64,000 nt of DNA. Origin: Octopus sinensis. Lineage: Eukaryota. The notes below the pieces were generated by a model. That model saw nothing but the letters and a program-made list of their open reading frames with translations. It was not told the DNA's origin and ran no database searches. Below are positions 39,540 through 53,687 of this stretch, piece by piece. Numbering within the stretch: position 1 is the stretch's first letter; each line of letters starts with the position of its first letter. The translations under genes were made by a program, and so were the position numbers. Location: contig NC_043000.1 in the NCBI RefSeq assembly GCF_006345805.1, forward strand, positions 76,694,001-76,758,000, in the 5' to 3' direction.

Positions 39540-40040
39540 ATGTCTGCGAAAATCAGGATCGCCAGCGACATCATCAGACCCTTCAATGGTGAAGGCGATG
39601 TAGTGGCCTGGATTCGTAAAATCAGGCTGGTGGCAAGACTGCAAGGTATAAGCGATGTGGCAAGTCTTATGGCGCTGTATTTAGAAGGGAGCGCGTTAAC
39701 GCTATACCTTGAAATGGAGGATGAGGAACGCCTGATCGAGGAAAAAATAGAGCAACGATTGCGGGATGCCTACACAGAGTGTGAATACACAGCTTTTGCT
39801 AAGCTGGGTACGATTAGATGGACAGGAGGACAGGTGGACGAGTACTCGGCAGAAGTTAGAAGGTTAGCGACGCTAGCTGGGTTTACGGGAGAAGGTCCGG
39901 AGAAGGCAGCGCGACTGGCATTTGTAAATGGGTTCCCCGTCGATGTAGGGATTCACCTGCAACAATTGCCCGGGATTAAAAAGATGGCGCTGAGCGAACT
40001 TGTGACTCAAGATCGCGTGTTGACGCGACACTCTGGGCAG
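39540..40040 (+). pseudogene. Gag-like protein of the gypsy element
   Basis: PFNGEGDVVAWIRK..LYLEGSAL..FVNGFP. Fused directly to RT sequence. Confidence 0.75.
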
Positions 40041-40041
40041 A

Positions 40042-42185
40042 GTGCTACCCCCGATGACGGTGGTGCAGCCTACGAAGGGAAAAGTCAGACCGGTGCTGGA
40101 CTTCAGGGAGCTAAACCAGCATATATCGTGTCACCCGGGAGGTGAGGCGACAGACGTTTGTGGCGAGACGTTACGTGCGTGGAGACAGTCGACCGAGGCA
40201 GCGACGATTTTCGACTTGAAATCGGCATACTTGCAGCTCCATGTGAGCGACAAACTGGCGATATCAGCTGGTGCGGTACAAACGCCGGACGTACTGTTTA
40301 ACCAGGCTGGGTTTCGGGCTGAATTCCGCTCCGAAAGACGGCAAGATTAGAAAGGCCACCAGCTCCTACACTGACGACATTTTGATGGACGAAACTGTAG
40401 TGCCAGCCAACGAGGTAGTTAGACATCTGGAGAAGTTCGGACTGATTGCGAAGCCACCGGAGTCGATGGAAGGGGGAGCCGCGCTGGGGCTGAAGCTGCG
40501 AAGAGATAGATCGGGTGAATTGGTGTTCCGGAGAGGGAATGAAATGCCACAGCTGAGTTCCAGCGTCAGCAGGAGAGAGCTGTTCTCGGTATGTGGGAAG
40601 TTGGTCGGTCACTACCCGATCGCCGAATGGCTGCGCACGGCGTGCAGTTACACCAAGAGACGAGCAGAAGGGAGAGTTGGGGCGACAAGGTGGGATGATG
40701 CAGGAAATCCTAGAGAGGACGAGAACGGAAGACCCGGTCAGGGGGAACTGGTACGTGCCCAAGACGGAATGCGGGACCGTCTGGTGTGATGCTAGCAGTA
40801 TAGCGATAGGGGTTGTGTTGGTAATCGAAGGTGCTGCGGTGGAGGACGCGGCCTGGCTTCGGAAAGCAGATGACTTAAACCACATCAATGTCGCCGAATT
40901 AGACGCGGTGTTGAAAGGGGTTAACTTGGCCCTGAAATGGGGGCTGCGCACAATTGAAATTCGGACGGATTCGGCCACTGTGCTTGGCTGGGTAGGATCG
41001 GTGATCACCGGTGAAAGGAGAGTGCGGACGAAAGGTGCCGCGGAGATGTTAGTGAAGCGCCGTCTAGGAGTTCTAGGTGAATTGATCGCCGAGTTCGGAC
41101 TGAAGCTGAATGTGGTTTTCGTGCCTTCGGAGAAAAACAGGGCAGACGCACTGACCAGGGTGAAAAGAGCGTGGTTGGAAGAACCGGAGGAGGCCCCGAA
41201 AGGGATAGCTGCGGCGTGTCGGTTGGATGACTCTGAACTGAAGAGACTGCATGCTATGCATCACCTGGGTGTGGACAGGACCCTGTATCTGGCGAAGAAA
41301 ATTGATGCTGACATCACTAGGAGAAGCATCCGGAAGGTGGTCGGGAGCTGCGACAGGTGTCAGTCCATCGACCCTGCTCCGTGTGGGCATGAACAGGGAA
41401 GCCTTTCGGTGGAACAGCACTGGAAAAGGGTAGCTGTGGATGTGACACACTACCGTCAGGGAATGTACCTCTCCATGATCGACTGCGGGCCAGGCCGGCT
41501 GGCCATTTGGAGGGAGTTGAGAACGGGCATTGCTGACGAGATCGCGCAGATCCTGAACGGGATATTTTTAGAGAGAGGTCCCGTGGAAGAACTACTGATG
41601 GACAACGGGGCGGCGTTTTGTTCGGAAGCATTGAGGGTTATGCTTGATCGGTGGAAGGTGCGTCGCTTGTACAGAGCAGCGTATAGGCCAAGCGGTAACG
41701 GGATCGGGGAGAGGCACCATCGGACAGTCAAGGCCATAGCGGAAAGAGGGCACATTTCGCCGCTTGAAGCAGGTTTTTGGTACAACTTGTCTCCCCGATC
41801 CGGACAAGCTGAGGAATCTGTGCCGCAAAGAGCTGTATTTAAATATGAATGGAGGTACCCGAGCAAAGCGCCGGAGGTCCACGAGGAAGAGAAGGGACCC
41901 GTTTGCGTGAAAATAGGGGAGGAAGTCTGGGTTAATCCACCAAAGGCGCGCTGTACGTCTCAATGGAGCAGAGGAACGGTGCCGGCGGTCAATTCCAGAA
42001 ACAACATCTCTGTGGATGGAATCCCGCGACACGTCTTGGACCTTCGCAGGATCGTCGCTTCGACGGACGACGATTCTGGAGAGGGGGAGAACGAGGTGCC
42101 CAGCTTGAGAAGATCTCGACGTGCAAGGCGCCCTCCCGGTTGGATGGTGGACTACGACATAGAGCGGAGAGACTGTGATCTTTAA
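40042..42185 (+). pseudogene. Frameshifted pol (RT, RNase H, integrase)
   Basis: RT motifs VRPVLDFRELN, DLKSAYLQ, RLGFGLNSAP and YTDD. RNase H motifs WCDAS..INVAELDA..TDS..NRADALTR. Integrase motifs HHCC and VDVT..MDNG..GIGERHH. Confidence 0.92.
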
Positions 42186-42539
42186 GATCAGGGTGGCGTG
42201 TGGGATGACGTTAGCAGCTGGGTGAGCTGACCGGAAGTTGGGGCTGACCGGAAGTTGGGGCTGACCGGAAGGGGGAAGCCAGAACGTGCGCGCAGCGAGC
42301 GGGGATTTCAGCCTTTTCGAACGAGGGTCGTCGGCGTGTTAAGACGGGTGAACACGTTGCTAAGGTTGGGTGAAGCAGCTGCTATCTTTAGCGTTCGGGT
42401 CGGGCTGTGTCTAAGGATCCGTTACCACTGAAGGGTCTCCATCGGAGCGAAGAGAAGGTAGGTGCCTTTATATTCGAATCTCTAGCACACACCACAGGTC
42501 CGTCAAAGTTGATGACAGCATCAGTCTAGGACATTCTTC

Positions 42540-43740
42540 CTCCTCCGCCTTCAGCACATCGCTTCTCATGGAAGCAGACATTGCTGCCATTATATCGGTA
42601 CCTGATACAAATACCGTCTTCTTCGGTGCAAAGAAGAGTTATAGCTACCAGGTGAATGTTAAACAACACAGGGGCAAAGAAGCATCCTTGTTTTACCTCC
42701 ATTTGGACATCAAAGGGCTCTGAGGCTTCCTCCGCCAGTTGTCACTCTCACTTTCACACAGTTATGAAACTTCTGGACGATTGAGAGAAATGTTGGCGGA
42801 CAGCCAAACTTCTGAAGTAGGCGCTACAACATAGGAGGGATGACTGTATCAAACGCCTTTGTTAGACCGATGAAGGCGTAACATATATCTCTCTGATGTT
42901 AACAACACTTTTCAAGAAGACAGTCCACAAACATCATGTCAGAAGTGTTTCTTTCTGGTCGAAATCCACATTTCGACTCACCCATAACCATGTTGACAAC
43001 AAGAAGTAGAAGGCAACAAAAAGTAGAAGACAACGGAGGAGAATTCGTGAGAGGATCTTGCCCGCATCTTCCAGTAGAAAGATTACCCTGCTGTTGCTTT
43101 ACTGTGCACGGTCTCCCTTGCACTTTTAGATTGTGAGAATACTGGATATCAGGTATAGTCTTCTGCCAACAGAGAAGAAGCAAAGAGTGGAGATGGGACG
43201 TGAGGTGGAGTTCACCATACTTTAAGTGGTGGAGACTTGTCAAACTCAATCAGGATAGGAAGATCTAGAACCTTTTCAAGTGTCTTGGGTTCATGGAGTT
43301 GAAGTATCGCAGTTTTCTCTTTCAGTAAGGTGCCATTGTATGATTTCACCGGAGCAGTCACCTTTCTGTATGAACCGAAGGTCCTCTTAACCGAGTCGTA
43401 GAATTCATAGGTGTTGTTCTCGTCTGCAAAACTTTTAATTTCTAGCGTTTTTCGAAGCCACTAATTGTTTTGTGCATTCCTGATGACATGTTGTGCAGTG
43501 TCACAAACATCCTTCCGTTTTGGCGCAGGGTTGCAGTGATGGGATTTTCTAGAACAGCATCGTGCAACTTGTTCTTCTTGGAGACGAGAAGTTGTATGAC
43601 CTCGGCCAATTCATAAAACCAGTCGGTAGTGCGACGTGTAGTTGTCCCTGGGTTACCTTGGCAGTGTGTTATAGAACATTGAGGGACGAGTCCCAGAGTT
43701 TGTTCAAATGATTTAGATCCTGGAGAGTTGAAAGGCAAAA
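42540..43740 (-). mobile_element. Decayed RTE-like LINE reverse transcriptase remnant
   Basis: Minus strand: ESKCGFRPERNTSDMMF..LLEKC, FIGLTKAFDTV and VKQGCFFAPVLFNI. Confidence 0.75.
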
Positions 43741-44836
43741 TCCACACACACATAATTAGAATTTAGAACAGAAAAATACACAAATACCTCATAGCAGTTT
43801 GTATAGTAGATTTGGGTCTGAATTACCTGCTCAATGAATTAGTGTTGAAGTTGTTGAGTATTCTAGAGACACAGGTACCATTAACGTGATTCTCTGACAG
43901 AATCATCGTGATACAGTGTGTGACAGGGCTGTACCTTTCAATAAAAGTTACATTCCATCCAACGAATTTCTTCACAATTTCCTTTTACCCAATTTCATCT
44001 TAGGTCAACTTAGTTCAATAGAAAAAAGCTACTTTCCGAAGATGACGCATTGGGATGGAACCCGGGGACCTCGTAACTGTGAAGCGAACTTCTTAACTAT
44101 TCGGTAACATTGCGTCCGTATATAGTGCACTATCATTGTAGGCCATACTTGATTCTGTATCCCTCGGCTTTTATGAATATTCTCTCGTCTATACAATAAT
44201 ATTCAGCAACATATGACCGATATGTTTTATTCTATATATCATATTGTCAACCACTAATAGTACGTCATCTGCATAGTAATATTGAATAATATGAAAGATT
44301 AAATATAAATATAAATGTATTTAAGATTCTGTAGTTATTTTCTGTGAAAATGTAGTCATCTGCTTAGGGCAAGAAGAATATATAATTCAAGTACGAGTTT
44401 GTGATATTGAAAATTTGTGATAATGACGAAAGCGAAAAATGAAAATTGCAGCTGAGGAAACTGTAAAAGCAAGAATTGTAATTCTTGCCTACAAGTCATT
44501 GAATATTTCAGCGAAGCAGCAAGTATTTCTTCATTCAACCATATGTCGTCCTAATTTCCTCAGGACTTGGGAGAGAAGCAACGGAAGTCGGTTAATCTAA
44601 TTTAATAGTTAGACTTATTGAAGACTGTAGAAGTTTGTCACTGAGAGAAAGAGAATGTGTGTATGTGGGTGCGTGTTGTATGTGTGTGTGTGGTGTGTGT
44701 GCGTGTGAGTGTGCGTTTGGATGTGTAAGAAAGAAGGCGAAAGTATGTGGGTCTGTGTGCCAATGTGCGAGAGATGGAGAGAAAGCAAGGGAAAGACAGA
44801 AAGTGCGCGAAAAAAGTGTATATAAAATCTGCGCGC

Positions 44837-44909
<73 letters not shown>

Positions 44910-45462
44910 GTGCCAACTTTATTGTTACCACTTACTAGTTAAATGTCTATTTCATTCTGCCAATTTCCTCTTCTTGCCTACATTCTACTCTCTGGTGACT
45001 GATTAATAATTTTACTTCGGTTTAAATGGGTTCTCTTTACATCCTTTACTTAACAGAATACGATTAGTTTTGGTTAAATAATACTGAACAGAATTGGCAG
45101 ACTAGTGACGTGAAGATTAGATTTGTAATTAATCACCGAAAAGAGAGGTTGAATTGAATCGGTTGAGGTGGCTAAAATTTCTTGGTGACATAATAGTGAG
45201 TAGAATTGGTAGAGCAGTGGCTGGTCAGTGTAGATAAGATTAAATTTGTAATTAATCATTAACCTAAGATGATAAAGAGTGGAAGAAGCGCTATAATGTT
45301 CAAAGAAACGCCCTAATACTATTTACTTGCATGCCTTTATATACTGTGTTCAAATCCTGCGTATCGAAAATAGTGGTGCAATTAATTCTATATAGTTGAC
45401 TGAAGCTCCTTGCTTGTACATTTGTGGCTCTCAGTGTGCCTACCTTGATAACAACAGCAATG

Positions 45463-45507
<45 letters not shown>

Positions 45508-45521
45508 TAATAATAATAATG

Positions 45522-45576
<55 letters not shown>

Positions 45577-48486
45577 GTATACGCAGCAGCCACTGCAGCC
45601 ACAAAAGAAACTGGATACTCACTCAAACCCATCCAAACAGGAGTACCACCACCCAAATATGTGGATAAATAACATCCAAAACAAAATACAAAAAATGAGA
45701 AAAGATCTGTCGATTCTTAATGAAATCAGTAGACAATCAACGCTACTGAGCAACAAAAAGAACCCAAAAATACTCCGCAAATATACCATCACAGAAAAAG
45801 ATTTACCTGAGATAAAAGAAAAGCTGAAGCAAGATATCCTTGCCAAAGCACAAAGGATCCGCCGGTACGAGAAACGCCAGCGCTTCTTTGAACAAAACAA
45901 AAAGTTCAACTCCAACCTCAAAAAGTTCTACCAAGAACTTGGCAAAAATAAAATAGAAATCACTGCAGCACCAACGGCAGAAGAAGTGGAAGAATTCTGG
46001 AGAGAAATATGGTCGGCGAACGAACAACCAAAAAAAAAAAAGGAGTATTAAAACAACAAACTCAGCATCTGAGCAACTTTGGATCCCCATAACAACTGAA
46101 GAGGTCACCCAGGCACTGCAAAGACTAAGCAACTGGAAGGCACCTGGGCATGACAAGATCCCCAACTTGAAATATCTAACAGGAATGCACAAAAAGCTAG
46201 CTGAAAACTTCAACAACATACTAGCAGAGCCAGAGACAATGCCTGAATGGCTCACGAAGGGGAAAACCATCTTAATTCCCAAATCCAATGAGACAGCAAA
46301 ACCAGAAAACTACAGACCAATAACCTGTCTCCCTACAATGTACAAGGCATTTACTGCAGTGATATCGCAAAGGCTGAACAAGCACCTGGACGAAAACAAC
46401 CTGTTCCCAGAAGAGCAGAAAGGATGCCGCAAAGGCTCATATGGCTGTAAAGATCAACTAATGATTAATAAAGCCATAACTGAAGACAGCCACAGAAAGA
46501 AGAAAGGCTTCAGTATGGCCTAGATCGACTACAAAAAGGCGTTTGATAGCATCCCCCACACATGGATCCTCGAAACACTAGCCATTAACAAAGTAGCATC
46601 AACAATTATAAAATTCATAGGGCACTCTATGAATAAATGGCAAACAGTGCTACAGCTCCAAACAAAAGAGGGACACATGAAAACCAAAGCCATCCCCATT
46701 AGAAGAGGAATATTCCAGGGAGACACGCTCTCTCCACTCCTCTTCTGCTTGGCACTGTAACCTCTATCTCTTATGCTAAATAGAACTGGATGCGGATATA
46801 AATGTTACGGCAAAACGATCAGTCACCTTTTATATATGGATGATCTAAAACTATACGCTGCAAATGACAAACAGCTGGAAACACTATTAAAGACAGTTCA
46901 TGGATTTACCAAAGAAATAGATGTGAAATTTGGATTAGAAAAATGCGCCAAAGTAACCATGAAAAGAGGAAAACTAGTTAAGAGTAGCAACATCACACTA
47001 GATAAAACCAATGAAATAAAAGAATTAGACCAAAGTCAAACTTACAAATACTTAGGAATCCATGAACTAGATAAGACACAACACACACAAATGAAAGAGA
47101 AAATAAAAAAAGAATATTATAGACGAGTTAGATCAATACTAAAAACAGAGCTCAATGCTAAAAACAAGATAATAGGTATTAACACTTTAGCTGTCCCAGT
47201 TATAAGTTATAGCTTCAATATCCTTAACTGGACACTAAATGAACTGACCAAAATAGATAGAAAAACAAGAAAAATAATGACAGGATCTAGGATGCATCAC
47301 CCAAAATGTGACATAAAAGACTATATATTCAACGTATAGAAGGTGGTAGAGGCCTTATAAGCTGGAAAACTACTATAAAATAACCACCAGAGGACTGCAA
47401 AAATATCTACTTCAGAAGGAAGGAAAACTGATACAAATAGCGGCAAAACACGAGCAAAACAAAAAACTGTTCTCAGTATTTAAGGAAACTGACAAATACA
47501 AACAATAAATCATACCACCTAATAATTATGAAGAAGAAGAAGAAGAAGATGAAGAAACAACAAAAGCTATAAAACAAATGAAATCCAAACTAAAAATAGA
47601 ACAGCAACGAACCATGATAAAACGATGGCAAGAAAAGCCCCTTCATGGTAAATACTGGACTAAACTAAACGCAAAAGAAATAGACAAAGAAAAATCCCAG
47701 CAATGGTTAAGAAGCTCAGGACTCAAAGCAGAGACAGAGGGATTTTTAATTGCAGCACAAGATCAAAGCCTCCCCACCAGAAATTACCAAAAACATGTAA
47801 TGAAAAGAAATATAACAAGTAACTGCAGAATATGTGGAGATGGACAAGAAACAATAAATCATATTATCTCTGGCTGCCCAGTCCTGGCTAAGAAGGAATA
47901 TATTCACAGACATGACAGAGTTGGAACCTACATACATTGGAAGCTATGCCAACATTATGGAATAACAACAGAAAAAAGATGGTATAGGCACACACCAGAA
48001 AGGGTCACAGAAAACGAGAAAGCAACCGTACTCTGGGATATGCCGATACACACAGATAGAGAAATTAAGGCCAACAGACCAGATATAGTTGTCAGAGATC
48101 ATGAAGAAAAAAATGCTTTCTAATTGATGTATCAATACCGGCAGATGATAACGTGTTTCTAAAAGAAATGGAGAAACTCTCAAAATACAAAGACCTGGAA
48201 ATAGAGGTAACCAGAATGTGGAATCTAAAAACAGAAACAATTCCTATCATAGTAGGTGCATTAAGCATGATAAAAAAATATTCAGACAAATATATAACAA
48301 AAACATTAGGACTTACAAACACATATAACATACAGAAAATTGCACTACTAGGCACCGCACACATCCTACGCAGAACACTTTCCATACAATAACCATCAGA
48401 GAATCACAACAAATCACAGTACATACCTAAGGCACACAGTGCTGCGTACGGTAGTGAAGTGAAAGCACGCTATAAAAATAAAACTA

Positions 48487-48490
<4 letters not shown>
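45577..48490 (+). mobile_element. 5'-truncated R4/Dong-type non-LTR retrotransposon (RT, CCHC finger, restriction-like endonuclease) in (TAA)n
   Basis: NYRPITCLPT, EQKGC, DYKKAFDS, GIFQGDTLSP, HLLYMDDLKLY, CRICG..ETINHIISGC, RHD, NRPDIVV and KYKDL motifs. (TAA)n on both sides. A few stops and frameshifts. Confidence 0.92.
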
Positions 48491-48542
<52 letters not shown>

Positions 48543-48558
48543 TAATAATAATAATAAT

Positions 48559-49134
48559 AATATGTGGAGATGGACAAGAAACAATAAATCATATTATCTC
48601 TAGCTGCCCAGTCCTGGCTAAGAAGGAATATATTCACAGACATGACAGAGTTGGAACCTACATACATTGGAAGCTATGCCAACATTATGGAATAACAGCA
48701 GAAAAAAGATGGTATAGGCACACATCAGAAAAGGTCACAGAAAACGAGAAAGCAACCATACTCTGGGATATGCCGATACACACAGATAGAGAAATTAAGG
48801 CCAACAGACCAGATATAGTTGTCAGAGATCATGAAGAAAAAAATGCTTTCTAATTGATGTATCAATACCGGCAGATGACAACGTGTCTCTAAAAGAAATG
48901 GAGAAACTCTCAAAATACAAAGACCTGGAAATAGAGGTAACTAGAAAAAAACACCAGGACTTACAAACACATATAACATACAGAAAATTGCACTACTAGG
49001 CACTGCACACATCCTACGCAGAACACTTTCCATACAATAACCATCAGAGCATCACAACAAATCACAGCACATACCCAAGGCACACAGAGCTGCGCTCGGT
49101 AGTGAAGTGAAAGCACGATATAAAAATAAAACTA

Positions 49135-49138
<4 letters not shown>
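48559..49138 (+). mobile_element. Second, shorter copy of the same Dong-type LINE
   Basis: Matches 47829-48490 with an internal deletion near 48945. (TAA)n on both sides. Confidence 0.9.
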
Positions 49139-49176
<38 letters not shown>

Positions 49177-49290
49177 TGTTTAAAATTTTGGCAGAGGCCA
49201 GCAATTTTGATTAAAGTGCATTAGTCAATTACGTGAAGTTGATCTTGGTGATTTTATCTGACACACTACTAATTTTTCCTGCATTTAAAA

Positions 49291-51384
49291 CCTTTATCGG
49301 GTCGAAATGGGTCATTTTGACTCATGAAGGCACATTTTCGTTCTGATTTTTGCGCTGTTAGTTGAAATTGTCTACCCTTTCCTCTAGCTGCCTCTCTTAA
49401 TAAATTGGAAAAGTTTTTTGTGGCACTTGTTCTCCAGTGATCTACTATTTATGTATCTGTCATTTTGACTCATTTAGACTCTGAATGTTAGATTATTTTA
49501 CTTTTACTTTTTACTTTCTCAGGTTGAAAAATGACATCACAACGTGTGCTAGAATTGCTGGAAAGTGATTCAGATTTTTCTGACTTTGAGAATGAGTTCA
49601 GTGATTCTGAATCCGAAGAAGAATTGATTGAGAAAAATGACCATGACTCCAAGTCAGAACAAGAGTTATCAAGTTCTGATGAGAATAGTGAAAGCGTCCT
49701 ACGTCCTTGGAGAAGGTGTTCTGCCCTGCGTGCAAAGTCAGGAGTTGAGTTTTCGTTTCAATGTGCAACACGGAGCCCAAAACATAGGACAGGAGAACCG
49801 AGTGCGATTGGCGTTGCAATGAGTCCAAAATCTCCTTTGGAAATCTTTAACCTGTTCATACCCCCAGCTTTGATAAACGAAATTACAGATCATACAAACC
49901 AAAGAATTGAGATGGTCAAGGAACAATACAATTCCAAATACTGTGCTGGTGAAACGACTAGTTAGGAAATTTCGGCTGTTTTGGGAATTATAGTCATCTC
50001 TGGAACTGAGAAAGCTTCTCGTCACGACATTGAAAACTTTTGGAATTCTGTAGGAACTGGAATGGACTTGTGATCCGTGATGTGTTAGAGATGATTCAAA
50101 TTTCTCCTAAGTCAAATGCGTTTTGATGAGCAGCGTGCAACCGACCGTCTCGCTCCAATTCGAGACATTTTTGAAAGGGTGGTGGCAGTTTTTCGTCAGA
50201 CGTACAATCTTACAGAGCATTTGACTCTCGACGAAGCTCAAGAAGTATTTCGAGGCAGATGTGGATTTGTCCAAAACATGCTTCTAAAACCTACTAAATA
50301 TGGAATAAAGCTGCAATGCTTATCTGACGCCCAAATTAATTACATATGCAATATGGAAATGCACCCTGGAAAACAGCCTGATGGTCCATTCCAGCTTTCC
50401 AATAAACCATATGACATCAAGCTGCGCCAACGATTAATATACCATTGTGTACCATTAGCTGAAAATTTCTTGAAAAACAAAGAAACTCTCGTTGGAACGA
50501 TGAAGAAAAAACCCAGACATTCACCAGAAATGATGCCGAAGAGATATCGAGAGGTTCACAGTTCCAAGTTCGCATTCCGAAAAGATTTGATGACTGTTTT
50601 ATATGTGTCTAAGAAAAAAAAACGCAGTTATATTGCTGCCTACGATGCATTTTAGTGCAAGCATTGACAAATTAACTGGACACAAATAGATACTTTCAGT
50701 AGTGACATTCTACAATGTCACTAAAAACAGTGTGGACACTGCTGACAAAAAAATGTGCTGCTACGTCTTGCTCCAGACGCACGGACCGATGGCCGATGTC
50801 ATTGTTCTATTCCTTCCTGGACAAAGTTTGCTTGAATTCCTTTGTGATATACATTTGGAATAACGAGAAGGATAGTCTACGATCTCGAAGAAATTTTTTG
50901 AGATCATTTGGAAAAGAACTTATGAGGGAACAACTTGAAATACGTTTGCAAAGTTGAACTGGAATACAGGAGTTGCAAAAGACTATTGAAACCTGTGCTT
51001 CTAGATTGGGAATGAATATTCCACTAGTTCATGTACATCCTGATGAAGGTATCCCAAGAGATGGACGAAGAGTTCGATAATATTCTGTGCTGGAAAAGGT
51101 CACAAGACAAACACGTGTTGCTCAAAATGTGTCAAACCAATGTACAAGGAGCACCAAGGACCTCCAACCAGCAAAGATTGTGAGGAATAAAAATACTAAA
51201 GTGCATTTCAGTTCATTGTGATGAATAATTACCTTTTTTCGTTTCTGTGTTCGAAACAAACATTTTTGACAATGAAAAGAACAATGAATGTCATCTGATG
51301 CACATTAAAATTAAAAAAGGGCTACGGGTCAAAATGACCCATTTCGACCCTTAGTGTATGAAAAAGATTTCCACCCGTTAAAGG
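49291..51384 (+). mobile_element. Decayed piggyBac transposon
   Basis: Ends CCTTTA.CGGGT.GAAAT and ..AAAGG|TTAA, with subterminal inverted repeat GGGTCGAAATGGGTCATTTTGAC. Acidic N-terminus, DRLAPIR, LTLDE..FRGRC..KPTKYGIK and RRTDRWPM motifs. Confidence 0.92.
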
Positions 51385-51879
51385 TTAATAAAAGTAATAA
51401 TTATAATGTCAACGATGATGAAGATAATGAGGATTTCTTTTATTGATTACAAGGCCTCAAGACATAGTACAAGGATGAAAAATATCAAAGAAACGAGAGA
51501 CAAGAGAGAAATGACATATAATAAAGTGTTAAGATGAACAATAGCAATAAAGGCAACAAGTATATCAAGAATAAAAGTAATAATCATATTAATAATCCTC
51601 ATCATAATATAAGTACCTGTTGAAGACTGGGCTCGATGTAGTCGATTTCCCCCCGCCCGAAATTGCTGGCCTTGTGTCAAAATTAAATTTGAAATCAACA
51701 TTAATAATTCTCTTTTCTATAGGCAGAACACCTTAAATTTTGGTGGGAGGGGAATAGTCGATTACATCGACACCAGTATTTGACTCGTACTTATTTCATC
51801 GACCTTCAAAGGATGAAAGGCAAGGTCGACCACCACGGAATTTGAACATAGAATGTACAATCGGACGAAATGGACCCAA

Positions 51880-52115
51880 AGTGCGGGTAAAATGTATCCC
51901 TGTACTTATAGGTGTATTAGGAACTATCCCTAAAGATTTGAACAAATGGATAGAAGAAATAAGCATAAAACCCAGTTTAGTGCAGCTCCAGGAAACAGTG
52001 CTATTAGGAACAGCTAAGATACTTAGGAAGATACTTGGCATTTAAAGTTAGACTGGCGTTAGGCATTATTCTTTCCAGTAGTCTGGTCTGTTGTGCCTAA
52101 ACAAAATAATAATAA
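51880..52115 (+). mobile_element. Short 3' fragment of a Dong/R4-type LINE
   Basis: IPVLIGVLGTIPK..LQETVLLGTAKILRKILGI, followed by a short AAT tail. Confidence 0.7.
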
Positions 52116-52439
52116 CACCGAACCTAATGTACTGAAGTACAGGCAACAAAAAATAAAAACAACCCAATACATGTGGAGTAATACAGAAAAATTTCATGAA
52201 ATTTTTATTTTCAAAAAAGGTTTGTTTCTACTCTTATGTATATGAGCATGTATGTACAGGATATTCGGTCATAACATACATAAAAAAAAACTTTGTTGCT
52301 ACAGTCAAATCACAAGCGCGTGCGCACACACACATACACATATTAGTTACAAGTAACTAAAAGGTTTCTCATTAGTGTATTCATTGTCTGTTTTCCTGAT
52401 CTGGTCTTTTATTATAGCAATCTGTTCTATCCTTGATAG

Positions 52440-52515
52440 GTTGCAATGGGTCAGCCTATTGTGTACGGAACAGTGAGGAAGCGGTTACAGATCAGGGTTT
52501 AACCTCAGACAACAG
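52440..52515 (+). CDS. Candidate host exon (76 nt; xCNGSAYCVRNSEEAVTDQGLTSDN, phase 1 entry)
   Basis: Consensus donor CAG|GTAAGT. Acceptor ctatccttgatAG, with an alternative at 52418. The frame is open. Confidence 0.35.
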
Positions 52516-52632
52516 GTAAGTCAATTGAAACTTTATAAACTAACAATAGACGTGATCAGCATGATAATTAATGTTATATAGTCAACTGATTATTGAAATA
52601 TTAAACAAAGTAAATTTTACCATGGAAGGGAC

Positions 52633-52762
<130 letters not shown>

Positions 52763-53646
52763 AAGCAGGCATATATGTGTGTATATTTATGTATGTACAT
52801 AATATTCACACATGTACACACACGCATATACATACATATATACATACATACACACATACATACACCTGATGGTGCATTGTGTCTTTGAGTAAGAAACTTC
52901 ATATCATGTCTACTCAGTTGAAATACATACTGGTTGAGTACTCTTCCCCAGCTGTCATATCCTGGATGTTCCGATTGGCCAAGGATAAGAGGGCGTGAAG
53001 CTGTCGATATCTTTTTGTGTCTAAATAGCCACTTCACCAAATAAAATACATTTTGACAAGTTATGTGTCATGTCTTTCATGATGTATTGATTTGAATTTC
53101 ATCAAATCTAAGACAAGAGGAAGCGAGGTAAAAGAGAGCACTGAGTTCTACTCCGCTTCCTGTGGCAGCACTAGCTATCACCTGTACAAGATAGATAGAT
53201 ATTCTCTGGAACAAAGTCAAAACTATTTCCAACGACGGTGATAGATACTAAGCATTAGTTTTTAAATTCCTTCTAATAGATATGACGGAACTAATTGTGA
53301 ATATTATAATTATGAATGGAAACTTGCTAACATTCATGCTAAACAGATTTATATTTCATATGCAAAACGTATTACCTATTGAGAATTTCTCAGGTGTGAG
53401 GCAGTTGTGCAGATACTCATAAACACAGATAGGCAAATGCTTTAACTCTTTTATTGCTTTCACTTATTGGAGTGCGGCCATACTGGAGCTACTCTTCAAG
53501 ATTTTCCAACCCATTATATTGATTTCGGTACCCCATTCCAGTCTGGTATTTATCATATCGATATGATTTTCACACTCACACACACACACACACACACACG
53601 CGCGCGCGCACGCACACACACACACACACACACGCACGCACACGCC

Positions 53647-53687
<41 letters not shown>

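Larger units (their letters stand above)
39239..42496 (+). mobile_element. Ty3/gypsy LTR retrotransposon, internally deleted; LTRs 39239-39504 and 42199-42496; TSD GGTCC
   Basis: Matching LTRs (TG..CA; the left starts TA). GGTCC at 39234-39238 and 42497-42501. PPT-like AGATCAGGGTGGCG. Domain order gag-RT-RNaseH-integrase. Confidence 0.95.

Noticed and set aside
49670-49702. CTGATGA..GAAAGC GTC hammerhead-like string
   Set aside because: Stems I and II do not pair. It lies in the acidic coding region of the piggyBac transposase.
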